This document shows, piece after piece, positions 1 to 14,234 of a stretch of DNA of 64,000 bases. Source of the stretch: Eledone cirrhosa. Taxonomy: Eukaryota. A program made the translations under genes and the position numbers. Location: assembly GCA_964016885.1 (NCBI GenBank), contig OZ024746.1, positions 25,482,001 to 25,546,000 on the forward strand. The letters run 5' to 3'. Within the stretch, counting starts at the first letter, position 1. Each line of letters begins with the position of its first letter. The notes beneath the pieces are model-generated. The model did not search any database. It saw only the letters and a program-made list of their open reading frames with translations, and was not told the DNA's origin.

Positions 1-536
1 AGCGGCTGACAAAGGTCTTGCTGAGTGATGCTAAGACACCCTCGGCCCTCTTGACAATTTTAGAGATGTGCCTCGTCCAACGCAAATCGCTGCTGACCGT
101 AATGCCCAGGTCACGTTCACAGGAAGACTTCTTGATATTAGTGCTGTGGAGGGAGTATGTGGACGCTGGGTTTTTACTCCCAAAATGCATGGTGGTGCAC
201 TTGTCCACAGCTAGCTTGAGTTGCCAGTCTGAGATCCACTGTTGCATTGTGTCCAGGTCAGACTGCAAGCAAGATCTATAGTGTTCAGGATCTGTCCTTT
301 TTATCTCAAGGTACAGCTTGATGTCGTCTGCGTACTTTAGTACTGTGGCATTCCTTAAGTTGGCATCTATGTCATTAATATATGCCACAAACAAAAGGGG
401 GCCAAGAACAGATCCCTGAGGTACACCAGATGACATCTCATATGGTGAGGAATGCTGTCCCAGAACCGTGACTACCTCTCTTCGACTGAGAATGAAGGTC
501 TTCAACCAGTTAAAAAGATCATCCTTCACACCCAAT
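1..536 (-). mobile_element. CR1/L2-clade LINE reverse-transcriptase fragment (5'-truncated, runs off left edge)
   Basis: Minus strand reads SGVPQGSVLGPLLFVAYINDIDANLRNATVLKYADDIKL; first ~95 nt nearly identical to 37751-37845. Confidence 0.88.
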
Positions 537-757
537 GATATATATATATATATACACACACACACATATATACATATGATATATATATACACACACACAC
601 ATATATACATATGATATATATATACACACACACACACATATATACATGATATATATATATATACACACACATATATACATATGATATATATATACACACG
701 CACACACACATATATACATATAATATATATATATATACACACACACATATACATATG

Positions 758-792
<35 letters not shown>

Positions 793-804
793 TATATACA
801 TATG

Positions 805-837
<33 letters not shown>

Positions 838-849
838 TATATATACATA

Positions 850-882
<33 letters not shown>
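537..882. repeat. Compound (TA)n(CA)n microsatellite with a higher-order unit
   Basis: Repeated tgatatatata...cacacaca...tatatacata. Confidence 0.9.
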
Positions 883-885
<3 letters not shown>

Positions 886-2066
886 AGATTTGAATGGATA
901 CAGTTTAGTTGAAAGGAATTTATTGACACGTGTTTCTATAACAATTACATAACCTGAAAACAGCTGCTATCTACAAAGTATTAGTTATGCAGACAATCAA
1001 TATTTCAATGTTATTATTTACTGTCATTTCATCAGAATAATATTACTGAGGACCTGTTTGGTTTTTATAGAGAATATTAGGAGAGAGGGGTGAAGTTGTT
1101 AGAAGAATAGTTGAGGGAGTGGTTTTTTGATAGCAGTGAGAATTTTTGGTGGCAGTGAGTAATTAGATTCCCATCTGTTGTTTTGACATTTTTATAGAAT
1201 ATATTATTGGTTATTTTTCTAAATCTATAGAGGGATTAGAGATAGTAAAGATATGCGTGGTTGGTTTTGTGTTTGCACTTAACATTCAGACTTAAATTTT
1301 TTCTTTCCAGTGTAGTATCCTTTCACCCACGCATTCTCACACAAACATATTTGCACCCCTCTACAAAATACATATACTCACATTCACATAGTAACATGTT
1401 CATACTTACATACATATACACATGCATACATATATATATATACACACATGTATTCATGTACATACATACGCGTTCATGTGTGTACATTTTCATACTCGAC
1501 TTATCTTTATATACACACGTATAGACACACACATATATACATACATACTCTAGTCTATGTGTATATATATACATATACATATATATCTATATATATTTAT
1601 ATATATATATAAGCACTTTAATACATGAATACACTTACATCTAACTATACACATCAAACATATATATATATTTACTTATTTATATACATTTTCACATATA
1701 TATACATACTTATGGTCGCTTTTAGACACACATTCATTATCGCATTTTTGTACCTATTCTCATCAGCATATCTTTCCATTATTAGTGTGGTAATTTGAGG
1801 TTATTAATATACATATATATGTTGAGAAGAAATTGTTTTTATATTTTTCTAACTAGATTGAGGTTTATATAGTTGGGGGGATGTCCCTCTTTTATGTAAT
1901 ATTTGGCTTGTAGTGGGAAAAAAGGGTTTTAGTTCGGTGACGGCAAAATAATGTTCGTTCAATTCTGTTATTACTTTTGGAATTTCAACTGGAACCGTCG
2001 AGCAAACTCTACGTCAGCTGTCAATCTACTGTGTGTAATATTTATATTACAACACAACGGAAAATA

Positions 2067-2119
<53 letters not shown>

Positions 2120-2123
<4 letters not shown>

Positions 2124-2598
2124 CCTCACACACTTATACCTCTCCAAGACAATGTCACTGGACCGAGATCTTTGGCGCTACATAGTAATACAGAAGACCC
2201 ACCTTACCTAAGTACAAAGTGAAACCTACTACAGTCAGTAGGCACCTCTAACAAAAACACACCCCCGTCCCACTACCCCCACCCCATTCACACCACCCCT
2301 TCGAATGTAAAGTTATGTTGGTACCACAACGTCCAGTCCGAAACAAATGAAGTCGTGTAGGTGTCACGACAAAAAAAAAAACACACAGTCCAGCTGTAAT
2401 GTGGCCGTGTAGGTAACACGGTAAAAACCTCCCAGTCCACACTGTAAACATGGTTGGTGTTAGGAAGGGCATCCAGCCGTAGAAAACCCGCCAGACAGTC
2501 CTATGCGAGCAAGACAACCAATCTTGCCTCAAGTGGGAAAACTCCCGTCCAAACCAATGCAAGCATGGAAGATGGACATTAAACGATGATGATGATGA
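2120..2598 (+). mobile_element. RTE LINE 3' end, young family, (GAT)n tail
   Basis: DLTHLYLSKTMSLDRDLWR ORF end plus 3'UTR; reverse complement of the copies at 21208, 27672 and 32027. Confidence 0.85.
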
Positions 2599-2947
2599 TA
2601 TATGATATATATATATATATATAGATATATATATATATATAGATATATATATATATATATATATAATCAAACTCGCAACCTCATGATTGTGAATCCAATT
2701 CTCTAACCACTAAGCTTCAGTCTAACCTTCCCCTATATACAGTTAAGTAATTAAGTATAGTCCCCTATAGTTAAGTAATCAATTAAGTCTAGTTGTCTCT
2801 AAGTAATTATATACATTTAGTTCTCTCTAGTTAAGTAAAGTTCCCTATAGTTAAATAATTAAGGACAATATCCTATAATTAATTGATCCAGTATAGACCT
2901 CTTTTGTTAAATAATTAAGTATAGTCTTGTATAAATAATTAATTTAC

Positions 2948-3028
2948 CTGAATAGCTTGTAATTTTGCAATTGGAGCCCCAAATGCTTCCCGTTTGAGAG
3001 AATATGTCACAGCACAATCCATCGCAGC
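2948..3028 (-). CDS. ACADS: ACADS-like exon 9 (AAMDCAVTYSLKREAFGAPIAKLQAIQ); gene continues beyond the left edge
   Basis: tcatag / gtaaat, 81 nt; R.AFG.PI..LQ.IQ motif. The following KLADM exon was not found in 1-2947. Confidence 0.93.
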
Positions 3029-3759
3029 CTATGAGACACACACAAAGGAAATGACAGAAAACCTGTTTTTAATTCAACATTTAAAGAAATACTGAAACTC
3101 TTCAAATATTACTGAAAATAATTATAAAAAATCTATAAAATACCTCTTCATTAGTACAAGCACTGCAAAGTTAAATGGTGATGGTGCCATTACAAAAAGC
3201 ACCCAGTCCCCCTTGAAAGGTGGTAGTGCTGGTGCCATGACAAAAAAGCACATGGACATGGAGGTCAAATGAAAACAAGCATCTATGTTTACCATCAATC
3301 AGCCCGAAAATACAATTTCATACATTAGAGTGGTATTGTTTTCTTACATCCAAATTATACAACACCTTGAAAAGATCGAAGTACTGGAAAGATGCATGAA
3401 ATAACTTGATAATAAATATGCATCTGAATGGAAAATAAACATAGATACAGAAGACTCTTTCAACTCAAAGTGATGAGAGGACGCATACAAAAGCAGAAAT
3501 TACAACTAATGAAAAAGCAAAAATGGTGTCAATATAAGCTGAGAATTTGGAGCCTTTCTCAGAAAAAATCTGAAATAGACAACCAAAGAAACAACTGTAA
3601 CTAAATAATACCATAGTTGGTGTAATAAATATCTATCTATCTATACATATTTATTTACTAGCTTAGTCAGAGGAAGCAGGGAAATTAACTTCAAATGAGA
3701 GACCTGGTTCAAATGCTTACAATAGAGCAGACTCTGCTAAAGACACTCAAGAACCAAGT

Positions 3760-3947
3760 AATTGTTTCTACTTTAGGCACAAGGCCAGCAATAACCCAGT
3801 GCATTACTGGTACTTTATTTTATCGACCCCGTAAGGATGAAAGGCAAAGTCAACCTCGGCGGGATTTGAACTCAGATCGTAAAGGGACGTAACTATGCTG
3901 GAAAGCATGGCGTCCGACCCTCTACCGATACTGCCAATCCACCGCCC
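3760..3947 (-). mobile_element. Full-length tRNA-derived SINE (family A) with 12-bp TSD gaaccaagtaat
   Basis: A-box tggcagtatcgg, B-box gagttcaaatcc, core ctttgcctttcatccttacggggtcgataaaa, AATT tail; TSD at 3751 and 3949. Confidence 0.9.
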
Positions 3948-4187
3948 TGAACCAAGTAATGCTGTTAAATTAGGCACTGGGTTAAGTTTACTACTAAAGA
4001 ACAGAAAGACTATCACATGGGCTTCTACATTTTCTATTTCCTCCCAAATTTTACTCACATGGCCTTGGCTGACCAGAGGCTATATTAGAAGACACTTGCC
4101 CAATATACCAAATGGTGGATTTGAACTTGAAACCTCATAGTTAACAACACTGCCATGTCTCTATATGGAAGATAATTTAGAACATAC

Positions 4188-4244
4188 CTGAGCTATTCCA
4201 AGAGCTTGAGCACCAATACCAATCCGACCAGAATCAAGAGTTTG
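4188..4244 (-). CDS. ACADS: ACADS-like exon 8 (QTLDSGRIGIGAQALGIAQ)
   Basis: tttcag / gtatgt, 57 nt; TLD.GRIGI..QALGIAQ motif. Confidence 0.94.
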
Positions 4245-5050
4245 CTGAAAAAAAGAAAAGAAAGGAGCTGATCATCAGATTACGTCAAGAAAGCAATGTT
4301 TCCATTGGACTTTCAATTGCTGACTGCACTTGTTAGTAGTAACTCCTAGCAGATGAAAAGAGCCAGTTGTCAGATTAAACTAAGTAAAACAATATTTTCT
4401 TTGGTCTTTCTATTGCTGATAATGCCTGCTGGTCGCATCATCTGGCAGAAGAAAGAAGCTGATTGTCAGAGTGAGCCTAGAAAACTGTTTTTTGTTGGTC
4501 TTTCTATTGCTGATACTTTATGAAGGACCCAGGATTTGAATTCAGATCACAAAGAATTCAAATCAGCAAAGCATCCTGTCCGACTCTCTAACAATTCTGC
4601 CAATCCACTATCCTTGGACTGGTACTTTATCAAACCTGAAAGACAAAATTGACCTCAGCAGGATTTGAACTCAGAACACAGTGAATCTGAACAAATACTG
4701 AGGCATTTCATCCAATTTTGAAGGATTTACTAAAATTATTAATTATTTCATTATTAAGATAGTAACTTAAGATATAGTTCTTATATGATATTATATTGAA
4801 AGATTATAATTTAAATAGAAATCTTTTAAAATAACCAGAGCTAGTTTTGGCTGGGTTGATATTAAATGGATCAAGATATAAAAATAATTTGATCACAAAA
4901 CTCAATCAATCACAAATATTTTCAGTTTAATCAATAGTAAAAGAAACTTATTCTTTTGCATTTTTAAAAATCTGATTTCAGTTATTAGACTGTGGCTGTG
5001 CTGGGGCATCACAAATAGTTAGTTTATTATCTAAATTAAAAGAAACTTAC

Positions 5051-5221
5051 CATTGCAATTTTAAAACCAAATCCTTCTGGCCCAAGAAGATTCTCTTTTG
5101 GGATTTTACAATCTTCAAAAATTAAATTACATGTTGAAGAGGCTCTGATACCTAGTTTATCCTCCTTCTTCCCACGAGAAAACCCTTCACTATCTGTGGG
5201 TACAATAAATGCACTTATGCC
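5051..5221 (-). CDS. ACADS: ACADS-like exon 7 ([57 protein letters not shown])
   Basis: aaacag / gtaagt, 171 nt; [11 protein letters not shown] motif. Confidence 0.96.
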
Positions 5222-6255
5222 CTGTTTAAAATAATAAAGATGGAATTAAATCAGGGTTTAGGCCATATTACTGAGTGACAAAATCTTAAACACCGTAATC
5301 CTGAATCTTAAAATTTGAAAACTCAGAAAACAAACAGCTTGGAAAAAACAAAAAAATCACAACCTCCAAACATATACTTTAACACACACACACACACACA
5401 TATATACATCTACCCAGAGGTTCATCAGGTTGATGCTTAACCTAGTTTCTGTAGCATTAAGGGACTAAGAGTACATGACTTCCACCTGGAGAGGACACCA
5501 GTCCATTGCAAGGTTAAACTACCAGCTATTGCTGGTACACATTTCCAGCTGAGAACATTGGAGCAATGCAAAATGAAGTATTTTACTCAGGAACATAACA
5601 CACAAGCCAGTTCAAGAATCGAACCCATGACATTATGATCGTAAGTCCAACACCCTTACCACTAGGCGACATCTCCACATATAAATATGTACACATTATT
5701 GAAGGGTTATTGACTTCCCCAAGTTCCTCTGGCCTTTGACAGGCTTTGTTTTTCATCTCGCAGGGTGTCCAAAAATCATCCTCTTCATCAAGTAAGCTTA
5801 GTGGGGTTGCAGGTTTAGTTACTGACACAAACATGTGACAGCTTCTACTGGGCTACATGTTAGCAGTAGCATTCAAGAGCAAGCTGACATAATATATATA
5901 CACACATGTAATTCTTGTGAAAGTTAAGAAGCTGATATATTATTAGTTTCTTAACTTTTATAATTTTTCAATTCAAAAAGTAAAAAAAAAAAAATGAAAT
6001 TTTCAGCAGACACCTATGTAGGTTTTCTGTCCTCCTACAAGGTTGCATCTCATAAGAGATTTCTTGGGTATTTTAATGACAGGGATATCAGTTATATCAT
6101 GAAGAGCAACATGATATGAAGTGTCTTGTTTAATAATACAATGTGCTACTCAGTCTGAGAATTGAAGCCAACCAACATCCTAACCACTCGGTTCTGCATC
6201 ATCACAATTCAAAAACTATGATATCTGGATTTAAAATGAAAATAAATTATAATAC

Positions 6256-6291
6256 CTTGTGTTTCTTAGCTTTATCTGTTGTTGCAAAAAC
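6256..6291 (-). CDS. ACADS: ACADS-like exon 6, 36-nt micro-exon (VFATTDKAKKHK)
   Basis: tttcag / gtatta, phase 0-0; fills the expected VFA.TD....HK gap before GISAF. Confidence 0.9.
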
Positions 6292-6859
6292 CTGAAAGAA
6301 AAATATAGAAATTACCTAAAATTAATTTGAAAAACAAAAATACTCTATGAGTACTATGGATAATATGCTATAACAGTAGGTTTTAAATTATTTTATTGCA
6401 TAACCTTTATACAATTTTCCAAAAATTGCTAAGCCCGTACTACATTTTACAGACAAAATCCCCACCACCATACTTTTAATAAAACATTAAATGAAACAAA
6501 AATTGTCTTAGAGTCAGAATTTCTTTTATTTTATTCTTTTAAAATACATTACACACACATATAGTAATAATAAATGTGAAGACTAAAATCTGAAGATCCC
6601 GTTAAAGGTGAAAGCAATGATTCTTATAATAAATATATATATATATTAATGGTTTTCAGTAGAGGAACGGGAAAAAAAAAAACAGTTAAATATGGTACTC
6701 AATATATTAGTATAGAAAGTACAAATTTATTTGATATAGAACAGGATTAGAAAAGTTTCATTTGTATGAAATCTTCAGAAAAATTGTAATCAGAACTTTC
6801 TTGAGGAAAATTCTAGCCCTGTAAAGTCATGTCTATACACACTAATTTTTATATATAAA

Positions 6860-8685
6860 TCATCATCATTGTTTCAGGTCCTTTTCAACACAGCATCTTT
6901 CTACACATCACAATCCTTTGTCATCTCCTCTGTGAGTCTCAGTGATTTGAGGTCAGCTCTCACAACCTCTGCCCAGGTCTTTTTTGGTCTACCTCATCCG
7001 TAGCGTCCTTCTACTGGCATTTCTTCACCCAATGATTATTGTCCATGTGCATTACATGTCCAAACCAATGCAGTCTTCTCTGCTGTACAAGACCTTGGAA
7101 TCCTCTTAAAACCAGCTTCTCCTTCAATTCGTCCAACTTCTGCCTTTCTCTCACACTCACATTGCATATCCGATGGAGCATGGTTGCTTCATTTCTCTCC
7201 AGTCTACACATGTCCTTTGCAGTCACAGCCTGTGTTTCACTACCATGCAGCATCACACTTTGCACACAGGCATCATACAGTTGTCCTTTTGTATCTAGGG
7301 GGAAAACCTTTGTGGTCAACAGGGGGAGTAGTTCTCTGAACATTTTCCACTTTATCCTTATTCTAGTTATTATGCTCTCAGAGCACCCTCTTCCATTGTT
7401 AATTATTTCACCTAGATAACAGAAGCTATCAACCACGTCTATGGTTCCTTCCTGTGACTGTAATAGGTTTACATCACTGGTTATTTTCCCCTTGGTTACC
7501 CCAGTGCATCTTCTACATACAAAGTCTTCCCTTCCTGTTAGTATACCTGTTATCTCCCTACATCTCTTGTGTACCCAAGATTTACATTGTGTACATCGTT
7601 TAGGCCAACTCCCTTTCTACATATTGACCAGAGCCACTTACCTGAAGGAATCAAGTTCCTATCTTCTCTTACTCACTAGCACTTTAGCTAAGTTTACTCT
7701 CAGCCCTTTTGATTCTAAATAAGTCTGAACTTATTTTCTAGATCTTTAATGGATTCAGCTAAAAGGACCAGATCATCTGCATAGAGACATTCCCATGGAC
7801 AGCTGGTCATAAACTCCTCTGCTTTAGCCTGGAGAACTATAATGAATAGTAGTGGGCTAAAAACCGAACCTTGATAAACTCCTACTTGCACCTTGAATTC
7901 CTCACTAAACTCATTTCCTACTCTCACTTTGCTGACAGCTCCTCTTTATATGACTAGCACTGCTCTCACCAACCATTCTGCTAGACCTAATTTCTGTATT
8001 TGTTAACATCTGTTTGTCTTCTTGTTTAACAAGTAAATAGTCAATTTGGCTTTTGTGTTTGCCTGATTGATATGAGATCAGGTAGCTGGCTGGGTTTTTT
8101 TTTGCAAATGGTTAGTTCATTTGCATCACAAAATTCCAGGAGCCTCAATCCCTCTTCATTTCTTGAGCCATAACCATAGCCACTGTGAACTCCATGGAAT
8201 CCATTCTGATACTGCCACACATGTCCATTGAAGTCACCTTTACCAGTACCTGAAGTCATCTGTAAAAATTCTTCATAGAACCTGTCTTTTTGTTCTTTAC
8301 TCAGTCCTGCCTGTAGGGCATAGGTATTTTATTTCCAACTGCTAATCTAAGCTTGATAATTCTGTTGCTTACTCTAACTATTTCTATCACTTTATCTATC
8401 CATTTCTCAGTTAGTAAGATGCCTACACCTCCTACCCCATCATCATTTCCTATCCAGTAAAGTTTGTATCTATGCTGTTAATTTGTCAGTAGTCTTGCTG
8501 AGGCACTCCTCCATCTCACCTCTTGAACATAGCAAATGTCCACTTCTTAAGCAGTTCCACAATTTCACCCAATTTACCTTTCAGGGTGCCAACATTGAGG
8601 GTGGCAGTCCTGAGTTTTGTACCTTGCCAGTTGTACCTCTACCATTCTTGGGTAGAAGTTTTATGTATCTGAAAAGGTAAAGGGG
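6860..8685 (-). mobile_element. Decayed, internally deleted RTE (BovB-like) LINE in ACADS intron 5
   Basis: APE fragment GDFNGHV...GYG.RNEEG.RLLEFC; RT GVYQGSVFSPLLF, YADDL; C-terminal RRLHWFGHV; frameshifts and stops. Confidence 0.88.
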
Positions 8686-8865
8686 AATATATATATATAT
8701 ACCCATGCTAGCATGGAAGGATGGACGTAAAACGGTGATGATGATGATGATGATATATAATCCAGAAACATAACTTTGTTAAAGTTTGTTGAAGAGAACT
8801 AATGTTATTTATTCCATCTGTAAAATAATGGGTTCTGTGCTGAGGTGAATAAATACAATACTTAC

Positions 8866-8981
8866 AATAGCTGCAGAAGCTTCATAGCCATTGGTGATCC
8901 AAGACTTGGTACCATTAATTACCCAATGGTCTCCATGCAGGTGTGCAACTGTTGAGGCAGCTGCTGCATCACTGCCATTAC
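8866..8981 (-). CDS. ACADS: ACADS-like exon 5 ([38 protein letters not shown])
   Basis: attcag / gtaagt, 116 nt; GSDA and NGTK.WITN motifs. Confidence 0.95.
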
Positions 8982-9347
8982 CTGAATAATATAGTCTCAG
9001 TTATAGATACAACAAATTATGAACTCATCATCATTTAATATATGTTGTTCCCTGCTAGCTAGGGTTGGACAGGTTGTCACAGATCAAGTCAGTACTTAAT
9101 CGAAGCTACTGGTATCTCAGATGGGCAGAGGACTACATCTGAATACTTTTCTACACTTTACAGTGTACTGAGTGTATTTTATCAATGGCAGCAGCAGTAT
9201 GGATGTTGTCATGTCTTTGACACAACGGGCAAGTTTTTTTTTATAGCTGGATGGCTTTCTTGGCACCAATCCTTTTAGTTACCCCTTATGGCTTGCAGTG
9301 ATGTGGTGTATCTATTATAAATTGGATATATATATACACCTGCTATC

Positions 9348-9388
<41 letters not shown>

Positions 9389-9645
9389 ATAGACACACAA
9401 AATAATAATCATTCTAAGGTTATTTTCCACCATAAAAGCAGGGTTTAACTATGCCAAGCCCATGATAAGTTTCAAATTTATCATAGGATCATTTTGGAGG
9501 CAATGTTTCACAACCAGATGCTCATCTTGGCACCAACTCTTTTAGTCACCTCATACAACATGCAGGGATATGGTGTACCTATTCTAAATGAGATACATAC
9601 AGAAAATTAAAAATTTTAAAGCCAAAGTTATCTGAAATCAATTAC

Positions 9646-9757
9646 CTGGTTCACTTAAGGCAAAACAACCAATTTTATCACCATTTATGTAAGGTGAGAG
9701 ATATTCTTTCTTCTGTGATGAGTTTGCAAAGTTTTTAACTGGATCTAAATAAAGAGA
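9646..9757 (-). CDS. ACADS: ACADS-like exon 4 (SLYLDPVKNFANSSQKKEYLSPYINGDKIGCFALSEP-G)
   Basis: cttcag / gtaatt, 112 nt; GCFALSEPG acyl-CoA dehydrogenase FAD-binding signature. Confidence 0.95.
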
Positions 9758-10678
9758 CTGAAGTTTACAATAAAATTAATTATTTGAAATCTTTTGTTAA
9801 AGTCACAACATATTGATCGATATCAGTTATTGGTAAAACACAATATATCAATTAATGTTAGGTATCAGTCTAACACTGTATTTTAATTAATATCAGGTAA
9901 TAGTCTCACACAATATATTAATTAATACCAGGTAATGGTCTAACACAGCTCTGATATTATGATATTATGGGCATGTGGTTAGAATATCTCAGGAAAGAAT
10001 AGCTGGAAAGATTTTACAGGCAAAACCAACTGGCAGGAGACCAGGAATAGACCTCGAGTAAGATGGCTGAATAACATCCATGAGCTTAGCTGGTCTCGCT
10101 AGGGGATCCAGCCGAATAAATTGGAGACAGTTGCTTCTGACAGAAGGCCTATGGAACCCTGGGTATTACAGGAGTGAGAAGAAGGGTGCAATCAGAGGTG
10201 AGAGTTAAAGAGTGAGAGAGAACAAGAAAACACCTTGATTTCCATCCCATACCTCATCTTTTCTATTTTCTAGTAATGAGGTTATTAAACATTACAAATG
10301 TTTTAATAACAGATGTACATTTCTATCTTATTGAATTTCATCAGTGCAAAATAAAAAGCTTGTATTAACCATTGCATTACCATATTTTTAATGAAAGACA
10401 CTACCTATGATTTTCAAATAATTTTGAAAATAATCAGAAATTTGATGGGATTTAGTAAAATAACTAACTTTCTCATTATTAAGCTGGTGTTTGGAACATA
10501 AAGGTTTTTACATAGAATTCTGATGGAAGTTCTTTTCTTAGATAATTATAAACACATTAAAATACAATCTTGTATCATAAAACCAGTGTTAATTTCAGGT
10601 GGTTCAATATCAAAAGGGTTAGTCAACTTTTATAAGAAACTTTACAAAGAAAAGATATGAAAAACACTGACAACTTAC

Positions 10679-10828
10679 ATTATTAACACTCATAATAACA
10701 GCACATGAGGCACAACCTCGACTAATTTCTTCCATTGCTATAGCATAAGCAAGAGCATCTAATCCGGTACCACCTTCTTCTGCTGGTACAGTAATAGCCA
10801 ACAGACCAAGCTCCCCAAGTTTTTTTAC
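10679..10828 (-). CDS. ACADS: ACADS-like exon 3 ([50 protein letters not shown])
   Basis: tttcag / gtaagt, 150 nt; [14 protein letters not shown] is typical of SCAD. Confidence 0.96.
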
Positions 10829-11944
10829 CTGAAAGTCAAAAGATAGGATATTATACATAAATGTCTCTAAGTATTTAAGGAGGTTGGCATTAGGAAGGGC
10901 ATCCTGTTGTAGACACCATGTCAAAATGGTACAGAGGACTCTTTAGTTACATCAACTTCTCTAGTGTTGATGATCTACATGATAAACACACACAGTACAC
11001 TTCATAAAGTAGTTGGTGATAGGAAAGGCATCCAACCATAGAAATGTTGCCAAAGAAAAGGTTGGGAGGACCCATCAGTTGTGTCAAAGACATGACAGCC
11101 TCCCTAGAGCTGGTGTCACAATAAAATGCACTTGGTATAGTAACAGGGCAAGTACTCCACTATTGTTTCAGACATACCTTTCCCCAACTACATCATGATT
11201 TTCTATAGCTTACTGTCTGGCAATCAGGAGTACTTTACACCTCTGATCTTCACATTATACAACATGTGCAAACTTCTTTTTTGTCTAGGTATACCTGGCA
11301 CATGACCTCTCATTTAGCTATCAGGTATTGCTCTTTGTTCCTCCAATCTCCCCAGGATTGTCTTTTCATTTTTAAGGTACTATTTACCTTATCATTCCAC
11401 CACCACACCACCCTACTCCTATCTTGCAGGGAACTTGTTCCAACTGTAGACCTAGTTTGTGGCTCCCAGTAGATTTTCCTGCAAAAATTCCCAGTTTATA
11501 TATATATATATGACCACAACATACCTAAACAATTTTTGTTGAAAAAGAAAAAGGCTGGGATGGATTTGATCATGGATTTACTCAATTGGGAATGGCCTGA
11601 GGCTAAATAACAACAACAAAGTGGAAAGTGGAATAATATTAGAGGGATGTAGAAGCTGTAGTGGCATGGATTAGATGGGTTGCCACTGATTGAGACTAGA
11701 TGGCTCAGCATGGTCTGAGACTGGACAGGTCATCATGGTCAGAGAGTAGATAGACCAGAGGACAATGTCTTGCTCATACATTCTATTTTTGATTTAATTT
11801 CTATAAGAACTCAGACTGTGACAACCCATACATCTCGTAAAGTGGACATATGATGATGATGATGTTAATGATGATGGAAGTGGTGATGGTGATGATAATG
11901 GTGGTGATAATGATGATCATTATCACCACCATAGTGATGAATTG

Positions 11945-12131
11945 GCGGTGAATTGGCAGAATGGGTAGAGGGTCGGACGCCATGCTTTCTAGCATAGTTA
12001 CGTCTCTTTACAGTCTGAGTTCAAATCCCGCCGAGGTTAACTTTGCCTTTCATCCTTACGGGGTCGATAAAATAAAGTACCAGTAATGTACTGGGTAATT
12101 GCTGGCTTTGTGCCTAAAGTAGAAACAATTA
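11945..12131 (+). mobile_element. SINE family A
   Basis: Same consensus; attatcaccaccatagtg repeated on both sides. Confidence 0.9.
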
Positions 12132-12346
12132 TCACCACCATAGTGGTGGTGGTCGTGATGATGATAGTATGATAGTGCACAGTACATTAACCGTTTTCCC
12201 CTATTATTTTGTTAAAAATTCATTTTACCATGTTGGTGTAGGTTGACTAACTTTACATAACTACTGCCTTTGTCTTTTTCAGTTTCTGGTGCTTGTCCCT
12301 CCACAAATTATAACTAATATCTGTAAAGGTAAAGTAATTTAGAAAC

Positions 12347-12492
12347 CTGCTCTGCTGGGAACTTGTGCAGTTTATCAAGTTGGCCTGCAATTGGGATCAA
12401 CTCTTTCTCAGCAAAATCTCGACATGTTTCTCGTAACATTTTATGGGTTTCTGGAAGATCAACCATGGAAGAGAAAGCTCTGCAGGATACCC
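12347..12492 (-). CDS. ACADS: ACADS-like exon 2 ([48 protein letters not shown])
   Basis: tttcag acceptor, CAG|gtttct donor, 146 nt; [23 protein letters not shown] is the SCAD N-terminus. Confidence 0.93.
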
Positions 12493-12684
12493 CTGAAATA
12501 AAATAGAAAATAAATATTACATATACCTGGTGATGATGAAGATAATAATGATGATGGTATATAAACATACATAGATACGCACATACATAAGTATATCATC
12601 ATTATTGTTTTTACATCAATTTTTCCATGCTTGGGCATGTATTTGACTGGACTTTTCAGGCAATATTCTATGGCTGGCTGAAAC

Positions 12685-13035
12685 TGACCTGGGATCATTA
12701 CCAGTTTTGGTGGGGCTACATTTTACATCTGGTCTGGGTTTATTACCAATTTGGAAGCCTTCATTTTACATCAGAACGGAGTTTATTACTAGATTTGAAG
12801 GCCTACATTTTACATCTAGCCTGGACTTATTACTAGTTTGCGTTTATTACTAGATTTGAGGGCATACATTTTATATCCATCCTGAGTTTATTACTAGATT
12901 TGAAGCCGACATTTTACACCTGGCCTGGGTCTATTACCAGCTTTGAAGACCTATGTCATACATTTCGCCCGAGTCTATTACCAGCTTTAAAGACCTATCT
13001 TATACATTTGGCCAGGATCTATTACCAGATTTGCA
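12685..13035. repeat. Degenerate ~45-50-bp minisatellite
   Basis: Recurring tacattttacatctggcctgggtttattactagatttgaa. Confidence 0.75.
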
Positions 13036-13564
13036 CAGGCTTACTGTATCCATTCATTTACATCTCACAATACTAATCTTCTATGTCTGACTGTTTATAT
13101 AGAAATCAGTTGTAATTTTGATAAAAAAGCTTGCCCCACATATCTTTAAGTCAAACTTCAGAGGTCAAGTGAAAGTGTGATATAGTAAAATACTGATATG
13201 TTGATGCACCATCACGATGTTCAGCTATAACCACACAGACCTAGCCTTCTACATTTAGACATAAAATCATTAAAAAATAACTATTGTTGCTTATCAAATA
13301 TTGAAGGAAAGGGTTGAAAGTTATGGTGAGTTGTGGAGGATGACATGTCCTACATGAATTTTATCATAAATTATAATTCAAAGTTACACACACTACAAAC
13401 ACTATTAGAAAGTGGTGAATTGGCAGTCAATAGAATATCTTGCTGTTTTTTGTTATGAGTGTCTTCTCTCTGAGTTGAACTCCCGCCAAGATCAACTTTG
13501 GATTTCAACTCAACACGAACAATAAATAAAGTGTTAGTAAAGTAATAAGGATCAATTCCTTTTT

Positions 13565-13990
13565 ATGCCAGAGGTCAACCAACACCTTAAATGAAGCCAC
13601 AGAGCTTCCACACACACACACATGTAGCCTACTTGTGGTGGCATGTTATTTCCATGCCAACACCTCAAATGAAGCCACAGACTCCATCCCCACATGTAGC
13701 CTACATGTTGTAGCCTGTCATTTCCATGCCGAGGGTCAGATAACACATTGAATGAAGCATCCCCACACACACATGTAGCCTACATGTGGCCTGTCATTTC
13801 CATGCCAGGGGGTCACACATCACCGCAAATTAAGCCACAGACCCCTCCACACACATGCAGCCTACATGTTGTGACCCGTTATTTCCATGCCAGAGGTCAG
13901 CCAACACATTCAATGAAGATATAGACCACACGTACTCTACTTGTATCTGTTATTTACAAGCCAGAAGTCAGGCATATTCCTTTACATGTG
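13565..13990. repeat. Degenerate ~70-80-bp minisatellite
   Basis: Recurring aatgaagccacaga...cacatgtagcctacatgt...tttccatgcc. Confidence 0.75.
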
Positions 13991-14234
13991 GCTGTATTAT
14001 TGCCATATCAGAATCGAACTCACCAGTTGTTTACAGATTCATCAAACTCAATCAATCAATCAAGTAGTGAAAGTGATGGTCATTATTACATAGGATTAAT
14101 TAGCAGTTGGATCACTTATGAAATGAACTGCTCTGATGACTCATTAAATGTACTCAACACTAGGTGATAGAGAGGACTCTTCAGTCTTGAGTACATAACA
14201 ACTAATGCTGGTGTCGTTATAAAATGGTACCTAT

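Noticed and set aside
519-929. YI/CV-rich ORFs (also near 1300, 2000, 21000, 21800, 38300)
   Set aside because: Translations of (TA)n/(CA)n microsatellites
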